Assembly (NCBI RefSeq): GCF_009914755.1
Contig: NC_060930.1
Reading direction: 5' to 3' (one strand)
Length of the DNA: 64,000 nt
Origin: the human T2T-CHM13v2.0 reference genome, Homo sapiens
Part shown: positions 41,673 to 58,735 of the stretch, in pieces
Layout: each line of letters starts with the position of its first letter
How positions within the stretch are numbered: the first letter of the stretch is position 1
Made by a program: the position numbers and the translations under genes
The notes under the pieces: generated by a model
Seen by the model: the letters and a program-made list of their open reading frames with translations, nothing else
What the model was told of the DNA's origin: nothing
The model's database searches: none

Positions 41673-44600
41673 TACTTAAGACATACCAAAAAAGTATAGG
41701 TCTTAATAAAATTAACACCCATGTACTCACTATGCCACTTTGGAAATAAAACATCCCCAATACAATTGAAGCCCCCTATGAACCCCACCTCAAAATCATT
41801 GTTTTCCCTTTTTATTACTATTTATTCAATTTCCTGTTTGTAAATTCCATACTTTATGTATTTACTTAATATGGATACATTCTTAAACAATATGTGGTAT
41901 TGTTTTGCCTGTTTTCAAACTTTCTAAAAATTGAATTATAACCTGTAGATTTATTTGCACTCATATTTGAAAGTTTTATCAACATTGATATATCTAGCTC
42001 GTTTATTCATACTTTGATTCTTTATGGTATTCAATTATATAAATATCTAAAAACCTATTCTCCAGTTTATGAGCATTTAGAGTATTTCTAATTTGTTTCT
42101 ATTACAAATATTACTAATATAAGGACCCTTGCACATGTACCTAGTAGTAGAATTGCTAAATAATGGCATGAACACACTATCAACTTCCTGAAGATAGCTA
42201 GATTGTTCTCCAAGGCAGTTGAACTAATTTATTCAAATTCAGGAAGGCATTAAAAATACTAATCTTCCCATCTTTGTAAAGCATGTATTATTATTCTACT
42301 TAAATATTTATCCATTATTAATCTGATGGGCATGAAATTGTATTTCAACATGGCTATGCTTAGTGTTTTCCTAATTATTAGGGAGATTGAATTTATTATG
42401 TTTTTGGCTATTCTGTTTTGGATTCTATGAATTGTCCATTTTCTATTTGGTTGTTGGTCTTTCCTTGTTGCCTTATACAAATTAAAGATATTTGCAAGAT
42501 TCTAATTTTGACATAATCTTGTTTTTAATTGTATTTAAAAGAGATCAATTTGTGAAAAACTAACACCTGTGCTACAGTATTTTTATACATGAATATAACT
42601 TCCATTTATTTACATCTTTTTACACTAGAATTTTGCATTTTCTTTATAAAGATTGTTTACAACTTTTGTTAAATGTATTCCTATGTATTGTTTATTCTGT
42701 TGATACTTTAAATACTATTTTTTAAACTACATTTCTTAAAAGTTTCTTACTGGAATAGATTAATCTAATTGGTATGTATGTATGTGTGTGTGTATGTGTT
42801 GATCTTACATAAGCAAATTCATTGATTTTACTCAAGTTCCAAAATTATACTGGAGATTCTCTGGGGGTTACTATGGTATATTCACATTGTCTTTGAATAA
42901 AAACAGGTTTGTGTGTTTCTTTCCTATTCTTGTTCTATTTTTCTTGTCTAACTTGCTGGCTAGGACAAGTGTGATGGTGAAAAAAAATTATGGTAATATC
43001 TTTGACTTTTTCCACTTTTAAAAGATAAATCTTATATCACCATTTTTGTTTCGTATGTTATAAATTATCTAGAAATTCATGTTACACCATTTTTGTACTA
43101 TTGAAGAAAATTATTCCACAATAATTTGTGTCTTATTACTACCTGTGTTAATCAGGGTTTTCCCAAGAAACAGAATTCACAGAATACATATATACATATG
43201 TATTCCTATTTTAGGAAAGCATATATTGTTATTCAATATCTATCTACTTTATGTATATTCTCTCTATATAATTACATATTATTCTATATATTCTATATAT
43301 GTACATATATGTATGTATTTTGTGAATTATGTGAATTCATGTACATGTGTATGTACAATGTGTGTGTGTATATAATGATGAGATTATGGGAATTGATTCA
43401 TGCAGTTATGGAGACCAGGACGTTCCGTCAATTATACACCATCAATTATACACCATCATCTGTAAGTTGAAGACCCAGGAAAGCTGATGATATAACTTAG
43501 TCTGAGTCTTAAGGCCTGAGAACCAGCAGAGCTGATGATGTAATTCCCAGTCTGAGGCCAAAGGCCTAAGGACCAGGGGAATGGATGTAAGGCCTGAAGT
43601 CCAAAGGTCCTAAAACTAGAAACTTTTGATGTCCAAGGACAAAAGTATGGTGTTCCAGCTCAAAAAGAGAGACAGAGGATTTCATCTTCCTTTGCCTTCT
43701 TGTGCTATGCATGCTCTTAATAGATTAGATAATACCTGCCTACATTGGTCTTCTTTACTCAGTCTACTGATTCAAATGCTAATCTCTTTCTGAAAGGCCC
43801 TCACAGACACACCCAGAAGTAATGTTTTACCAGCTATCTGGGCATCCCTTAGCTCACTCAAATTGACACACACAATTAACTATCAAACTATTGTTTTAGA
43901 TTCTGGAGAATTCAGATTACTAATATCTTTGAAATAAAATGTAGCTGTAATTTTTATACAGTACTTATATGACTTTGCAAAGTATAACTAGCACCATAAA
44001 ATGAATTAAGGAGTGTTTTGCATTATTACTCTCTGAAATATTATAAAATTGGTATCATCTAGGATACTTTGTGAGATTTTAACCACTGATTCAGTTTCCC
44101 TAATTGTTACAAAATTACCCAATTTTGCATTTTTTAAATTTATAATGATAAATTTTATTTTTCTTGGAACACGTAAATTGTATCTGCATTCAAACTTACC
44201 AATATAAAGTTATTTATAGTATTTTCTTATTAGTAATACCTGCTGTATGTCTAATTATAATCACTTCGCAACAGCAGTACTTACTCCCTTTGTCTTCTAT
44301 TTTTTTCTCAGTATTACCTTTTGGATTTTTTCCCCTTTTTCCTGAACACATTTAAATTTCTTCCAAAAAGAGTCAAATAAAAACTAACTCTATTCATTTT
44401 TTTTAATAAAAATACGTCTATTTTATCCTTATTACTAAGTGAAAGTTCATTTGAGAACACAATTAAGATTGACAAGGTATTTTTATTTCTAGTATTTTGA
44501 GTATATTATCCCACCTTTGTGGCTTACATTTTTCTGCTAAGAAATCAGGTGTCATTCTAATTATTGTAGGTAATTTGTCTTTTTTTTCTTTTTAAAATAA

Positions 44601-45600
44601 ATACTATAAAAAAACTTCTACTTTGCTATACATAAACATAAAGTTTAGCTATAATGTATCCAAATGTACATTTTTTATATTTGTCTTTCTGTGGGTCTTG
44701 TTTTTTGAATGTGAATAGTCTGTGTCTTATATCAATCCAAATAAAACTCAGAATTTATATATTCAGCTATTGATTTCTACCAATTCTTTTATTTTTCTCT
44801 CCTGTAACTTCAATAAGACATAGAATTGATCTATCTATTTTGCCTGCTATGTCTCAATATTTTTTCTATATTAACCCACTATGTGTCTCTTCTCTGTTTC
44901 TGGCTAATTTCTTCATATATAATATCCAGCTCAACAATATTCTCTTCGCTTGTGTTATTAGCTGTTTATTGGTTCCACTGACTTTTACATTTGTATTATT
45001 TTTATTTCTAAATGCTATATTTAGTTGTCTAAAGTAAATATCATATATGTTTTGATAGCTTTCCTTTCCTTGATCATATTTTAAATTCTTTTTTGTTTAA
45101 ATATTGTAATCACTGTTATTTTATATTTTGAATCTGGTAATTCCAAATTATTTAAATTATCATTGTTCCAATTCTATAATTTATCATTTTGACTAACTCT
45201 TGCTTATGGTGAATTATTGTCTCGTGTTTTGTGATTTGAGGAATTAAACTCATATTTATAATATCTTAATATTTAAGATCCAAAAGAGGCCTAAATTGAG
45301 GGCAAATTATCCAGGGAGGATGTGAGATAGCTTTAGCTGAGCAAAAGAGGACATTATCAAGGTAGGACCACTTTGAATTTACTTCTCACTGTGGGATTTT
45401 CTGGGCCATGTGGAGAGACAGAGTTTTGCTGCAGTTCCATGAGAGCAAGCCTGTGGCTATGGTCTTCTGTAGTTGGAGCAAGTCCAACAATGAGAAATTC
45501 CAATATCATTTTTCTCTGTTATTTGGTCAATTTTATTTTTAGTTTCACTAAGGTTGTAGGATTTGGATACAATGAACATTAAGTAGGAGTGCCTTTCCCC
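41673..45600 (-). mobile_element. Ancient, heavily deleted L1 (L1M/L1ME-type), interrupted by an MLT2 LTR
   Basis: Antisense L1 motifs: acctagtagtagaattgct, gattgttctccaaggcagttgaactaattta, cttgctggctaggac, gctaagaaatcaggtgtcattct. Confidence 0.6.
43144..43887 (-). mobile_element. ERVL solo LTR (MLT2B-like) with an expanded AT/GT-rich tract
   Basis: tgtgttaatcagggttttccc...gaaggcctgagaacc-type repeats...ccctcacagacacacccagaa...aaattgacaca. Confidence 0.88.
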
Positions 45601-45771
45601 TCACTGTTTTGGGTCCAAGACTTTTCCCGTGTCTTCTTCAAAGACTGTAAAACCCAAGGCTTTAAGTTCTCAGTATAGCCAAATATCCTCAAGGTAGCCC
45701 AGCATTAGCTTGTGATTTTGACCCCACTTTGTAGCTGCCCATTTCTTTTTTATTCTCTGAGGATTTCCTTT

Positions 45772-46028
45772 CTTTCTTTCAGCAGAGATATATATTAATG
45801 GTTTAATGGTTTTTAAAGTCATATGTTGCATTTTTTTCCAGCATGCTTAGTATTTTGTATTGGGGAGATTATTAACCTTCCTTTCTTTCAGCAGAGATAT
45901 ATATTCATGGTTTGATGATTTTTAAACCATTAAAGAGATATATACTAATGGTTTAATGGTTTTTGAAGTCTTAAGTTACATTTTTTCCAGCATGTTTAGT
46001 GTTTTGTATTGGGAAGATTAATAACCTT
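45772..46028. repeat. Complex ~109-bp tandem duplication
   Basis: Full unit, then partial unit, short inverted insert and near-full unit. Confidence 0.88.
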
Positions 46029-46879
46029 AATTTCTGGAGGCATAAATCTGTAAATTTGTACAAAGTTGCAGGTTGAAAACAAATTCTGAGATGGGATTAT
46101 GAAAATCTATTTTTCCCCAATGTAAAATAAAAATTAGACTACAGTGCTTAACTACTGTGCTCTTCTCTTCACTTTCTTCTCTTGGCATGGAGGATAACAG
46201 AAAAAGTGATTATATAATTAAATTGTTTTGCAACACATTTTTATATAATTCACATACTGAACTTGTCAGTCAGAGAACCACCCCCAAAAATATTTTGAAT
46301 GTTTAACATATTTGATTTTTTAAATGAGCAAAGTGAGTAACTGAAGATGATTTTGCTTCTTTTTTGGACTCAAGAAATCTAGTCTCCAAAAGAAAATCGG
46401 CAGAATGACTCCATAGGGATTCTCTCCCCATGCAAAATTCATAAACATTTTTTAAAAAATCTCTGCCCTTTGTTATTTGCAAATAAGATATCTCAATACC
46501 TTGCCAAAATAAAAGATTATGAGTGTTTTATACTTGTTACACAGACAAAAAAGACAACTATGAATCATTTTTCCTCAAGGGAAATAAAGTGTTTTCATCA
46601 AACAAGGTTTGTACCTTCGGCTAAGAGATAGGATGAACACTCTTGACAGCTGGTGATTGACAAGTCTTGGATATGACAAGGATTTGCTGCTCTAAGTGAC
46701 TTTTGATGCAAACCTTGATGTAAGATCATCTCTCTTCTTCAGCAGAGATAGATTTTAACTTCATTACTTATTAAAACTTAGCAGAAGTCATTCAAAACAT
46801 CTTGACTCTCTTCTGTTTTTATTTAGGACAACAGAAAACATGAGAAGTTTTTTTTTCTTTTTTTAATTTATTTGACTTC

Positions 46880-47265
46880 TGTATTAGTCTGTTCTCACAT
46901 TGCTATAAAGAATGACCTGAGACTGGGTAATTTATAAAGAAAAGGTTTAATTGGCTCATGGTTCCACAGACTGGACAGGAAGCATGGCCAAGAAAGCCTC
47001 AGAAAACTTAAAATCATGGCAGAAAAGCTGGCACATCTTACATGGCTGGAGCAGGTGGAAGAGGGAGCAAAGGGAAATGTGTGACACACTTTTAAACAAC
47101 TAGATCTCATGAGAATTCAATCATGAGACAGCACTAGGGGGATGACACTAAACCATTAGAAACCACCTCCATGTTCCAATCACCTCCCACCAGGTCCCTC
47201 CTCCAACATTGGGGATTACAACTCAACATGAGATTTAGATGGGAACTCAGAGCCAAACCATATCA
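46880..47265 (-). mobile_element. MaLR LTR (MSTA-like)
   Basis: tgtattagtctgttctcacattgctataaagaa...cacctcccaccagg...agccaaaccatatca. Confidence 0.92.
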
Positions 47266-47730
47266 TTCTACCCTTGGCCTCTCCCAAATCTTATGCTTTT
47301 TCACATTTCAAAACAGAATCAAGCCTTCCCAACAGTCCCCCAGAGTCTTTACTCATTCCAGCATTAACTCAAAACTCCACAGTCCAAAGTATCATCTGAG
47401 ACAAGGCAAGTCCCTTTCACCTATGAGCCTATAAAATCAAAACAAGTTAGTTACTTCCAAGATACAATGGGCGTACAGGCGTTAGGTAAACATTCCCTTT
47501 CCAAAAGGGAGACATTGGCCCAAACAAAGGGTCTACAGGACCCTTGCAAGTCCAAACCCCAGCAGGGCAGTCATTAAATCTCAAAGCTCCAAAATAATCT
47601 ATTTTGACTTCATGTCTCACATCCAGGCCACACTAATGCAAGGGGTGGACTCCCAAGGTGTTAGGCAGCTCTGTCCCTGTGGCTCTTCAGGGCTCAGCTC
47701 CCATGACTGTTCTCAAGAGTGCCTGTAGCC
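47266..47730 (-). mobile_element. MST/THE1-int 3' internal fragment (truncated, no 5' LTR)
   Basis: ttctacccttggcctctcccaaatct (PPT side)...gtccaaagtatcatctgagacaaggcaagtccc...cagggcagtcattaaatctcaaagctcc. Confidence 0.88.
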
Positions 47731-48227
47731 TCTACGTTCCCTTCTTTCTGACTTCTCCCATACCAGCAATACTGGAGCCTTTCTGTTTATAAGAGAGACA
47801 AACGACTTTTCTGATCTGATCACAACTCAAACCCATACCAGCTTCCTCACCCTCACCCTTTGCACAGAACTATTCATCATGCATTGTTTTGGCTTAACAT
47901 TAATATACTTTCTTGCTGATCATGGTACATCAGCATGTTAATAACAGACATAGGCCCAGGTCTTCAGGCAAGCTACTGGCTTTCAGAGGCAGTGAACTGT
48001 AAACAGTATAGTTTCTAAGCGACAGAACTAGATCTTACATCTTTTAATGAAAGCTTTGCACTCCTAAGGGAAATTAGCACTCTAGCCAAATCAAACAGAT
48101 TTCCCAGGTTCCCCTTGCTAGTATCTGGAGTCCTACATGAAAGCTAAGTGTTTTCCTAGAGAGATGAGAAAAAGATAACTTGGTTGGACAATGGAAAACC
48201 TTGTCATAGAAGTATCTTGGGATTTGT

Positions 48228-48698
<471 letters not shown>

Positions 48699-49729
48699 TT
48701 AGATTTCCCAGACTCAAAGTGAGGAGGAGAAAAGTATTAGGTTCAGGGACAAGTAAGACCTCCATGAAGTAACCTGAGCTGTCCCTCGGTGCCATGAGTG
48801 TTTCTAATGCCAGTCTGCCCCAAAATTTCACCTTAGGAGTAATTTTACTCATCTTAAAAAAGTTTCTTTTTTTTTATGATAAAGCAAATATAAGGAATTC
48901 TCTCACAAACTGACACCAATTTATATGCAACTAATGATACTATACAGCTGGAAGAAACAGACAAGACTTCCTTAAGTTCTTTTAGTCTCCAGAATTGCTA
49001 AATGCCAATTAGGGTTTTCGATGTTGGGCAGATACAAAGAGTGCAAGTAAAAGAACCAAAGCCAACATACAATCTCAATAATTTTTTTTAGTGTTTCCAT
49101 ATTTCAGTGTTATTTGGAAGTAAACAAAGCTGAAACTGGACTTAAAACCAAAACAACTCTCAAAACTTTTACATTTTTTTCAAAGGGGCACATTTTAAAT
49201 ATTTTTTCATCTTGGCATAATTAGGCTTATACACATAGATATTAAACAAAAAATGAAAGTCTACATTTTGATGGAAATATCTCCCAATGTCACAAATACA
49301 TATAAAATGCCCTTTCTATTTTTTATTAAAACTGAAGCTATTTCAACTTCACAGCATCAAACAATGGTGCAAATTGATCCAGGGGTTGTTATTATGGGGC
49401 CTGCCATCCTAGAACCACCTATCATTAGTTTTTCAGGATTTCTTCTTGAAGACATCTAATTTTTTCAGGTTGTATTTACTTTAGACATAAAGAGTGACAT
49501 GGTTTTTCATTCATCCATTACTACTTTTGTATACCTTTTCTAAACCATCACTAAGTGCCAGGTACAGTGCTGGGGATAACAATATAAAAAAGGCAACAAA
49601 TCTGCCTCATGCACTGGAAAAATTCTTCCTTATTTCTCTTTCATGCCATATCTTGAAAAAGAAGCAGATTTTTTTTTCTCCTCCTTCTCTTCCTTCTCTT
49701 TTTCCACCCTCTTTCTCCCCTTTTCTCCT

Positions 49730-50310
49730 TCCTTTATTCATTCTTTCATTCAACAAATATTAGGAGACCACAGTGCATCAGATACTGTCCTGGGTACTAA
49801 GTTATCAAAGGTGCATAAAATCAATCCCAGCATTCATGGGGCTTTTGGTTAATGGATATATTGTTAATATGCAAGTGATGAGATGGCTGGCATAATTATA
49901 CAGAATACTGTGATTAGAACTATACAGGAAGTAAAGAGAGAACTCTGTTAGAGAATGAGAGTTCTAATTTGAATAGTTTGGTGATGGTCTGTCTGATGTG
50001 TTGGTATTTAGGCTGAGATTTGAAGAAAGAGACAGAGGCAGTCTTGGAAACAACTTAGAAATAAGAAATGAAATCTTCCAGGCAGAAGAAAAGGTATATG
50101 CAAAGGTACTGAGGTTGGAAAAAAATTGGAATGTTTAAGAACCTGAAAGAGGAAAAAGAATGAAGTATAGTGGCCAAACAGGCAGTTTCAGAAGAAGAAA
50201 TTAAAAGCTAGACCACATAGAAATGTGTGGGCTACTATGAGAAATTTAGATTTTATTCTAATGAATATGAGGCCATTATAGGATTTCAAGCATGAGACCA
50301 ATTACAGTCA
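49730..50310 (-). mobile_element. L2 LINE fragment
   Basis: ttcattcaacaaatatt...ccaggcagaag...tgcaaaggtactgagg...tttagattttattctaa. Confidence 0.75.
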
Positions 50311-50370
50311 TAATAGCAATGCTAAAAATAATACCTCACAATTTTACAGCATTTCTCTGCATAGTGGCAA

Positions 50371-50373
<3 letters not shown>

Positions 50374-50417
<44 letters not shown>
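50374..50417. repeat. Poly(A) tract, 44 nt
   Basis: Pure A run with no adjacent SINE or LINE body. Confidence 0.95.
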
Positions 50418-50418
<1 letters not shown>

Positions 50419-50769
50419 CAATATATTGCTAATCTGTTTCTTTCAGTAATAACCATATTACTAAGCCAACAAGTCAAGTTTTCAGAAAGGGAAACAACTT
50501 TAAACACAGCTTTAATATTTATAAACCTATTGCCTAGTTTTAATCCCTTCTAAATAGGCACAGTTCACTGTTGCTCAACAGTGTCAAAGATGGAAATACT
50601 TTTGCATATGATAGTCTTATGACAACAAGGACACTAAAAGTATCATGGGAACAAGAGATCAGGCCTTATGCTTCTTAAATCCTTCCCCATACACACATGC
50701 AGCAGATCTACACACATTGTAGGAGACAGCTGATCAAAGCTGTCTCTCTAAACAATAATAACATCAACA

Positions 50770-53770
<3,001 letters not shown>

Positions 53771-56159
53771 AATAACATCAACAGGAAGACAAGAGGCTGC
53801 TAAATTTACTTCTTTGGAAAGTGCAGCACAGAATGTCTGGCCATTGTGCCTTTGCACTATCCTAGTGTGGGGATAACCTGTAATACTGCCCTGTTAATTT
53901 TGTCAGGTATTGACAGAGGAGAATGTAGCTACATAAGCTAAGGAAGTGAGTCTTGGAAGTTTAAAGAAGGGAGGCTGATATAATATGTGTGGCTACAAGT
54001 TATCACAAACTCCTGGGGAAATTTCAGACACAGTTTCACCTTATCTCTTCAGAGTACCTTGCAGTTTTTATTTTTCTGCAATGATCTCTGTGGAATAAGT
54101 CTTTTCTATCTCCAAAATAAATCTTAACCCATTTGGGTAAGAATTTAAGTGTAGGAAGAATACTTATTGGACATGATGTTTGAATGAAAATGAACACAGC
54201 TTATTTAACATTCTGCTTTTCACCAGTTATCAGAATGATCTAAAAACAATTTAATTATTTCAGACCGGCAACACATGTTGTTATATTCCATTTTAAGTTT
54301 CTGGGAACATTATAGAAAAGTTATAGTAGGACACAAATCTTTGGAAGAACGGATCTCTCCATGACAGAATTTATTTGCAACTACATTTTCCCTGGTCAAC
54401 AAAAATCCAAGTAGCTTAATGAGCTCAGACCTATCATCAAATTCTTTGGTAGCCATTTGTGCCCTAATGACCGTTAAATTATCCTGAGAAAGCAAACCAC
54501 CAACTACAAATGGAAACTAAAATCTAAGAGATTACCTATGCTTTCTTTATAAACATATATAATTAGAAATTTTATTAAAGTATCCACCTAACTTCTCTGG
54601 TTACATCTAGAAAGTATTAAATTTAGACTGTATTCTTGACTATCTTAATATGGGCTGATCAGCAGATTCACTATGTGGTATTAGATTAGCAAACTGTGAT
54701 GGAAAACATTAAATGCATATAATGCTAAGAGCATATGGAGTTATCCAAGAGGTGTCTGAGAGTTGGCTACATTACAATTTAAAACTAGCCTTACCTTCAT
54801 AGTTAGCAATTGTGTCGACGTGGTGTCATAAAAAAAAAATTAAAGTCAGAAATTTAAATTCCTACCTATATTTTTCACTACTTTACTGTAAAACATTGGG
54901 CAAATTATATAAAATCTTTGTACCAGACTCTTAAGATTTTTAATGCAGTGGGTAAGAATCGAGTTTTCACATTTGTGCATTCAAGAAATGTAATTTTCTA
55001 TACTTGTTTATTGTAAGCCAACTTAATGTCTATTCCACTGGATTAGTAGAAATTTAGCTCCAATATATTACATATGGCCCTCTCAGTTTCTTTGGGGTGC
55101 ATCAATACTTCAAAAGTTGGCTTTAAATTAGTCTTGCACACTTCTAGATATCTATCTCTGTTAGCTATTCCTCCTAGCTTGCCCTCAGTGCCTCACTTGC
55201 TCCTACCTATGGGACCATCTCTAGTCCAGAGGCTATTGGCCACTTCCAGCCTCGAAAGGTGGGGTAGAATCATGATCATGATGTTCACAGGCCACATGGG
55301 GACAGGGATACTCTGGAGTCACCACCACACAGGCAGTTTTTCTTTGAGGTCTTACAGCCTTGGAGAACTCCATCCAGAGAAATAAAGAACAGGTACTACT
55401 TGCTCTTGACAGCCACAAATCCAGCTGCCATTTGGCCTTCCTTGGAGCTTGGCCTAGGGTGTTAAGCACAGAAAACTCCTCTTAGGCCCATGAAAATTTG
55501 TGCTTCTTGATCCTCTTCTTTTCCTCAGAAAAATAACTTTTTCTAGTCCATGTTTGAGAAAGCTCTCCTCTTACTCATGATTTTTTTTTCAGCTCCCTTG
55601 TTTCTTCTTTATGTTATTTCCACTCTCCACTGGGTTGGTGAACAGAACAGCCTAACAGATGATAATTTCTCTCTTCCTTCTGCTATTATACCCCTTTCCT
55701 GAGGCAATGAGTACAGAATGAGCAAGCTTGAAGAAACTGAATGATCTCTAAGGATGCTTAGAGTCTAGATCCTAAACCTGGAAGAATTAAACGTAAAATT
55801 TCTGTCTGAACGGGAAAAGCCATTAAGAAAACATGATGACATAACTTTTTTTTTAAGTGCACACAATAATTTTATCTTATGCAGTTAGCAACTGGGTGTG
55901 TCACTTAACTACATTATTTTATTAATGCAGAATTTACATAGTCTTCATAACATACAGCTCTCTGATTTTCACAAACTAGGTACAATTTAGACACAATAAA
56001 TATTGGTTACATACAATCCATATATCTTTAGTCATTCAGAATACAATACAGAATCATCTGTGGTTTTTAGTGACTATAATATGTTACCTGACAGCATGTG
56101 GAAAAGATTAGTTCAAGTAGAATAACAAATTTTATTCCATTAATAGAGTAACTCCAACT

Positions 56160-56205
56160 GTGTCTATGTGTGTGTGCATGTGTGTGTGTATGTGTGTGCA
56201 CACGC
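56160..56205. repeat. Degenerate (TG)n repeat
   Basis: Interrupted TG/CA alternation. Confidence 0.75.
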
Positions 56206-57144
56206 ATACCCATGAGATGTGAGCAATTTGGTTGTGCTAGAACCCTATAATTGAATGGATCCACTGTGCATTGCTTGACATTTTAACATAAATAAAACAA
56301 GTCAACTAACTTAAAATCCTTTTTGTAAGAAAATAGGCAAATTAGAAAAAGTAGCTGAAAGTAGAGCAAATATGAACAGAAGTTGAATTATTCATTTAAG
56401 GAAAGACAAGCTATACCAAAACTCAAAGAGCTGACAATAATAATTTAGGAACTTAAGCCTGTAAATCCGCAAGCTCTGTTGAGTTTGATTTTATGGTCTC
56501 TAAACAAACATTCAAAATGTTCAGTTTATAACTGTATTAACGTAAAATCTATAAATTTTAAAAATCAAGTGTTCCTGTTGCTGCAATCAATCAGTAAACT
56601 TTTATTGAACCACTACAGCCCTTAAACACTATATTGGGCATCATAGACACAAACACTAGGACAAAATTACTTCCTTAAGCTCAAGGCTGGTTCAAGAGAC
56701 AAATAAATCATGACTTAGAACACAATGGCTAGTCATGTAATCAACTGACAAATATTTGTTGACTGCTAACTTTAGAGTCTAGGCTAGGCATCAGATTAAG
56801 ATACTTTCCTCTCCTACAAATTGGGGCCACTGGCCTTCTGGAAAAGGTAATCTAAAAGATAATTAAAATATATATGCTTAGATAAGGCTTATAATTCTAC
56901 AAGAGATCCAGGAGAGGCACCATATATTCCATTAAAAAGGCACTCCTACTTGAAGGAAGCAAAGTAGAAAATATCCAGATTAAAGGAGTGGGGAACATAG
57001 GAGCAAAAGAAAACAGAAACTCCATCATTCAAGAAGTTCATTTAACCTGACTAGAAATTAAGAATGTATAAAGAGAAATTTCATGATGTGGGGTAGAAGT
57101 GTAATAAGGCAGAAAAGGTTATGGCTAGAATTGAAGCTTGCAGT

Positions 57145-57746
57145 ATTTAGAATAGCAGATATTGCCTCTGAAATTTTCCATGCCCTGATCCTCAGAAACT
57201 GAATATTTAAAGTAGCATGCAAAAGAGACTCTGCAAATGTAACTAAGGTTAATGACATTAAGATGGGGAGATAAGCCTGGATTATCTGAATGAGACTGAT
57301 CTAATTACAAAAGCTCTTAAAAGCAGAGAACTGTCTCTGGTTAGATGGTAAAAAAAAAAAAAAAATGGTGAAGTCAGACAGATTCAGCACATGAGAAGGA
57401 TTCAACCCATCATTTTTGGCTTTGAAGATGAAGGGAGCCACAAGTAAGGGAATTTGGCTTTATATGTTAGGGAAAGTCCTGATTGACAGCCAGCAAGGAA
57501 ATGGGGTCCTTAGTCCTACAGCCACAAGGAACTGACTTAAGAAAACAACCCAAATGAGCTTGCAAGTGGACCCTTTCCAGAGTCTCCCCCAAAAGAGCTC
57601 AGGACAACTGACACTTCGATTTTTGCCTTGTGAAACTCAGAACAGAGAAAATAATTGACTTCAGACATACAGAACTATAAGATCATAAATTTGTGTTTCA
57701 GCCAAAATTCTGTGGTTTATTACAGTGGCAATAGGAAACTAATACA
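57145..57746 (+). mobile_element. MaLR solo LTR (MLT1D/E-like)
   Basis: caaaagagactctgcaaatgtaactaagg...ggagataagcctggattatc...gccagcaaggaaatgggg...gcaataggaaactaataca. Confidence 0.85.
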
Positions 57747-57839
57747 AGGTTAAAGAGGTAAGTAAAAACCAGGTTATATAGGTCCTTATATGCCCACTAG
57801 GTTATGATAGAGGTTTGCTTCAAAGTGCCTCTATCAAAG

Positions 57840-58735
57840 TGATAGAGGCAGGAGGCAGAGAAAATCTAGGCAGACAGGGGCAGGGCCCTAGTGGAACCCC
57901 ACCTTCAAGCTGAAAAGCCCAAAACCTGCCACCCAAAGTGAGAACTTCTATCTCTGTTTGCCGACTCTCTCTCTCTGACTGGTTCTTTCTGAATAATGTC
58001 TTTTTACCAATGGAATGTTGCCTTTTTCAAAACTACCTACAGCCCACCTCACCCCCTAACCTGTGCCTATAAAGACCGTAGACTCAGTCAGTAGAGGAGA
58101 GAAGCGTCTTGACTGGAGAGAGGTGAGAGGTGACTTGACTTCAGAGGGACAGCTGGACTTTAGGAGAGAGATGACCTGACTACAGGGAAGAGTCATCCAG
58201 AGACTGCCAGATTTCAGGGAAGACTACCTGCCCATCCTGGCCCTCTCTGGCTCCCCTCTCTGCTGAGAGCATTTCACATTGCTTAATGAAATTATCTGCC
58301 TTCACCAACCTTCAAGTATCCGGGCAACCTCGTTCTTCTTGCATGCCGGACAAGAGCTTGGGGCCCACAAATTGTGGGTACCCAAAAGAGGCTGTCACAT
58401 TGGCCCTTTGCCCTCAATGGTGGAGGGCAGCCACCCCATGCCACATGGCAAGGGGCCCACTGAGCTGATAACACACTGCAGCTGTCCTTGGACAGCGGAA
58501 CTAAGAGAGCATTGTAACATGCCCTCTGGGGTTTTGGGGGTCACAGGCACCGCAGCTGGGCACTGCCACAGGGCCCGAATGGAGCCTGCTCCTGCCAGCA
58601 CCCAAAGCAGCTGGCTGGATCTCGCACTCACTTGCTTATGTGCTCCCTCCCGCAAGGGATTGAGTGTGGTGGGCTGAGTAAACAGGGCACCCCCATCGCA
58701 AGTCCAACGAAGGGGTTGAGAAAAATCCTGCCTCA
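57840..58735 (+). mobile_element. ERV1 solo LTR (MER50-like)
   Basis: TG...CA termini with aaag on both flanks. tgatagaggcaggaggcagagaaaatctaggcagacagggg start; CCAAT near 58007 and TATAAA near 58068. Confidence 0.85.

Noticed and set aside
43428-43458. 14-bp tandem duplication tcaattatacacca within MLT2
   Set aside because: Ordinary slippage duplication.
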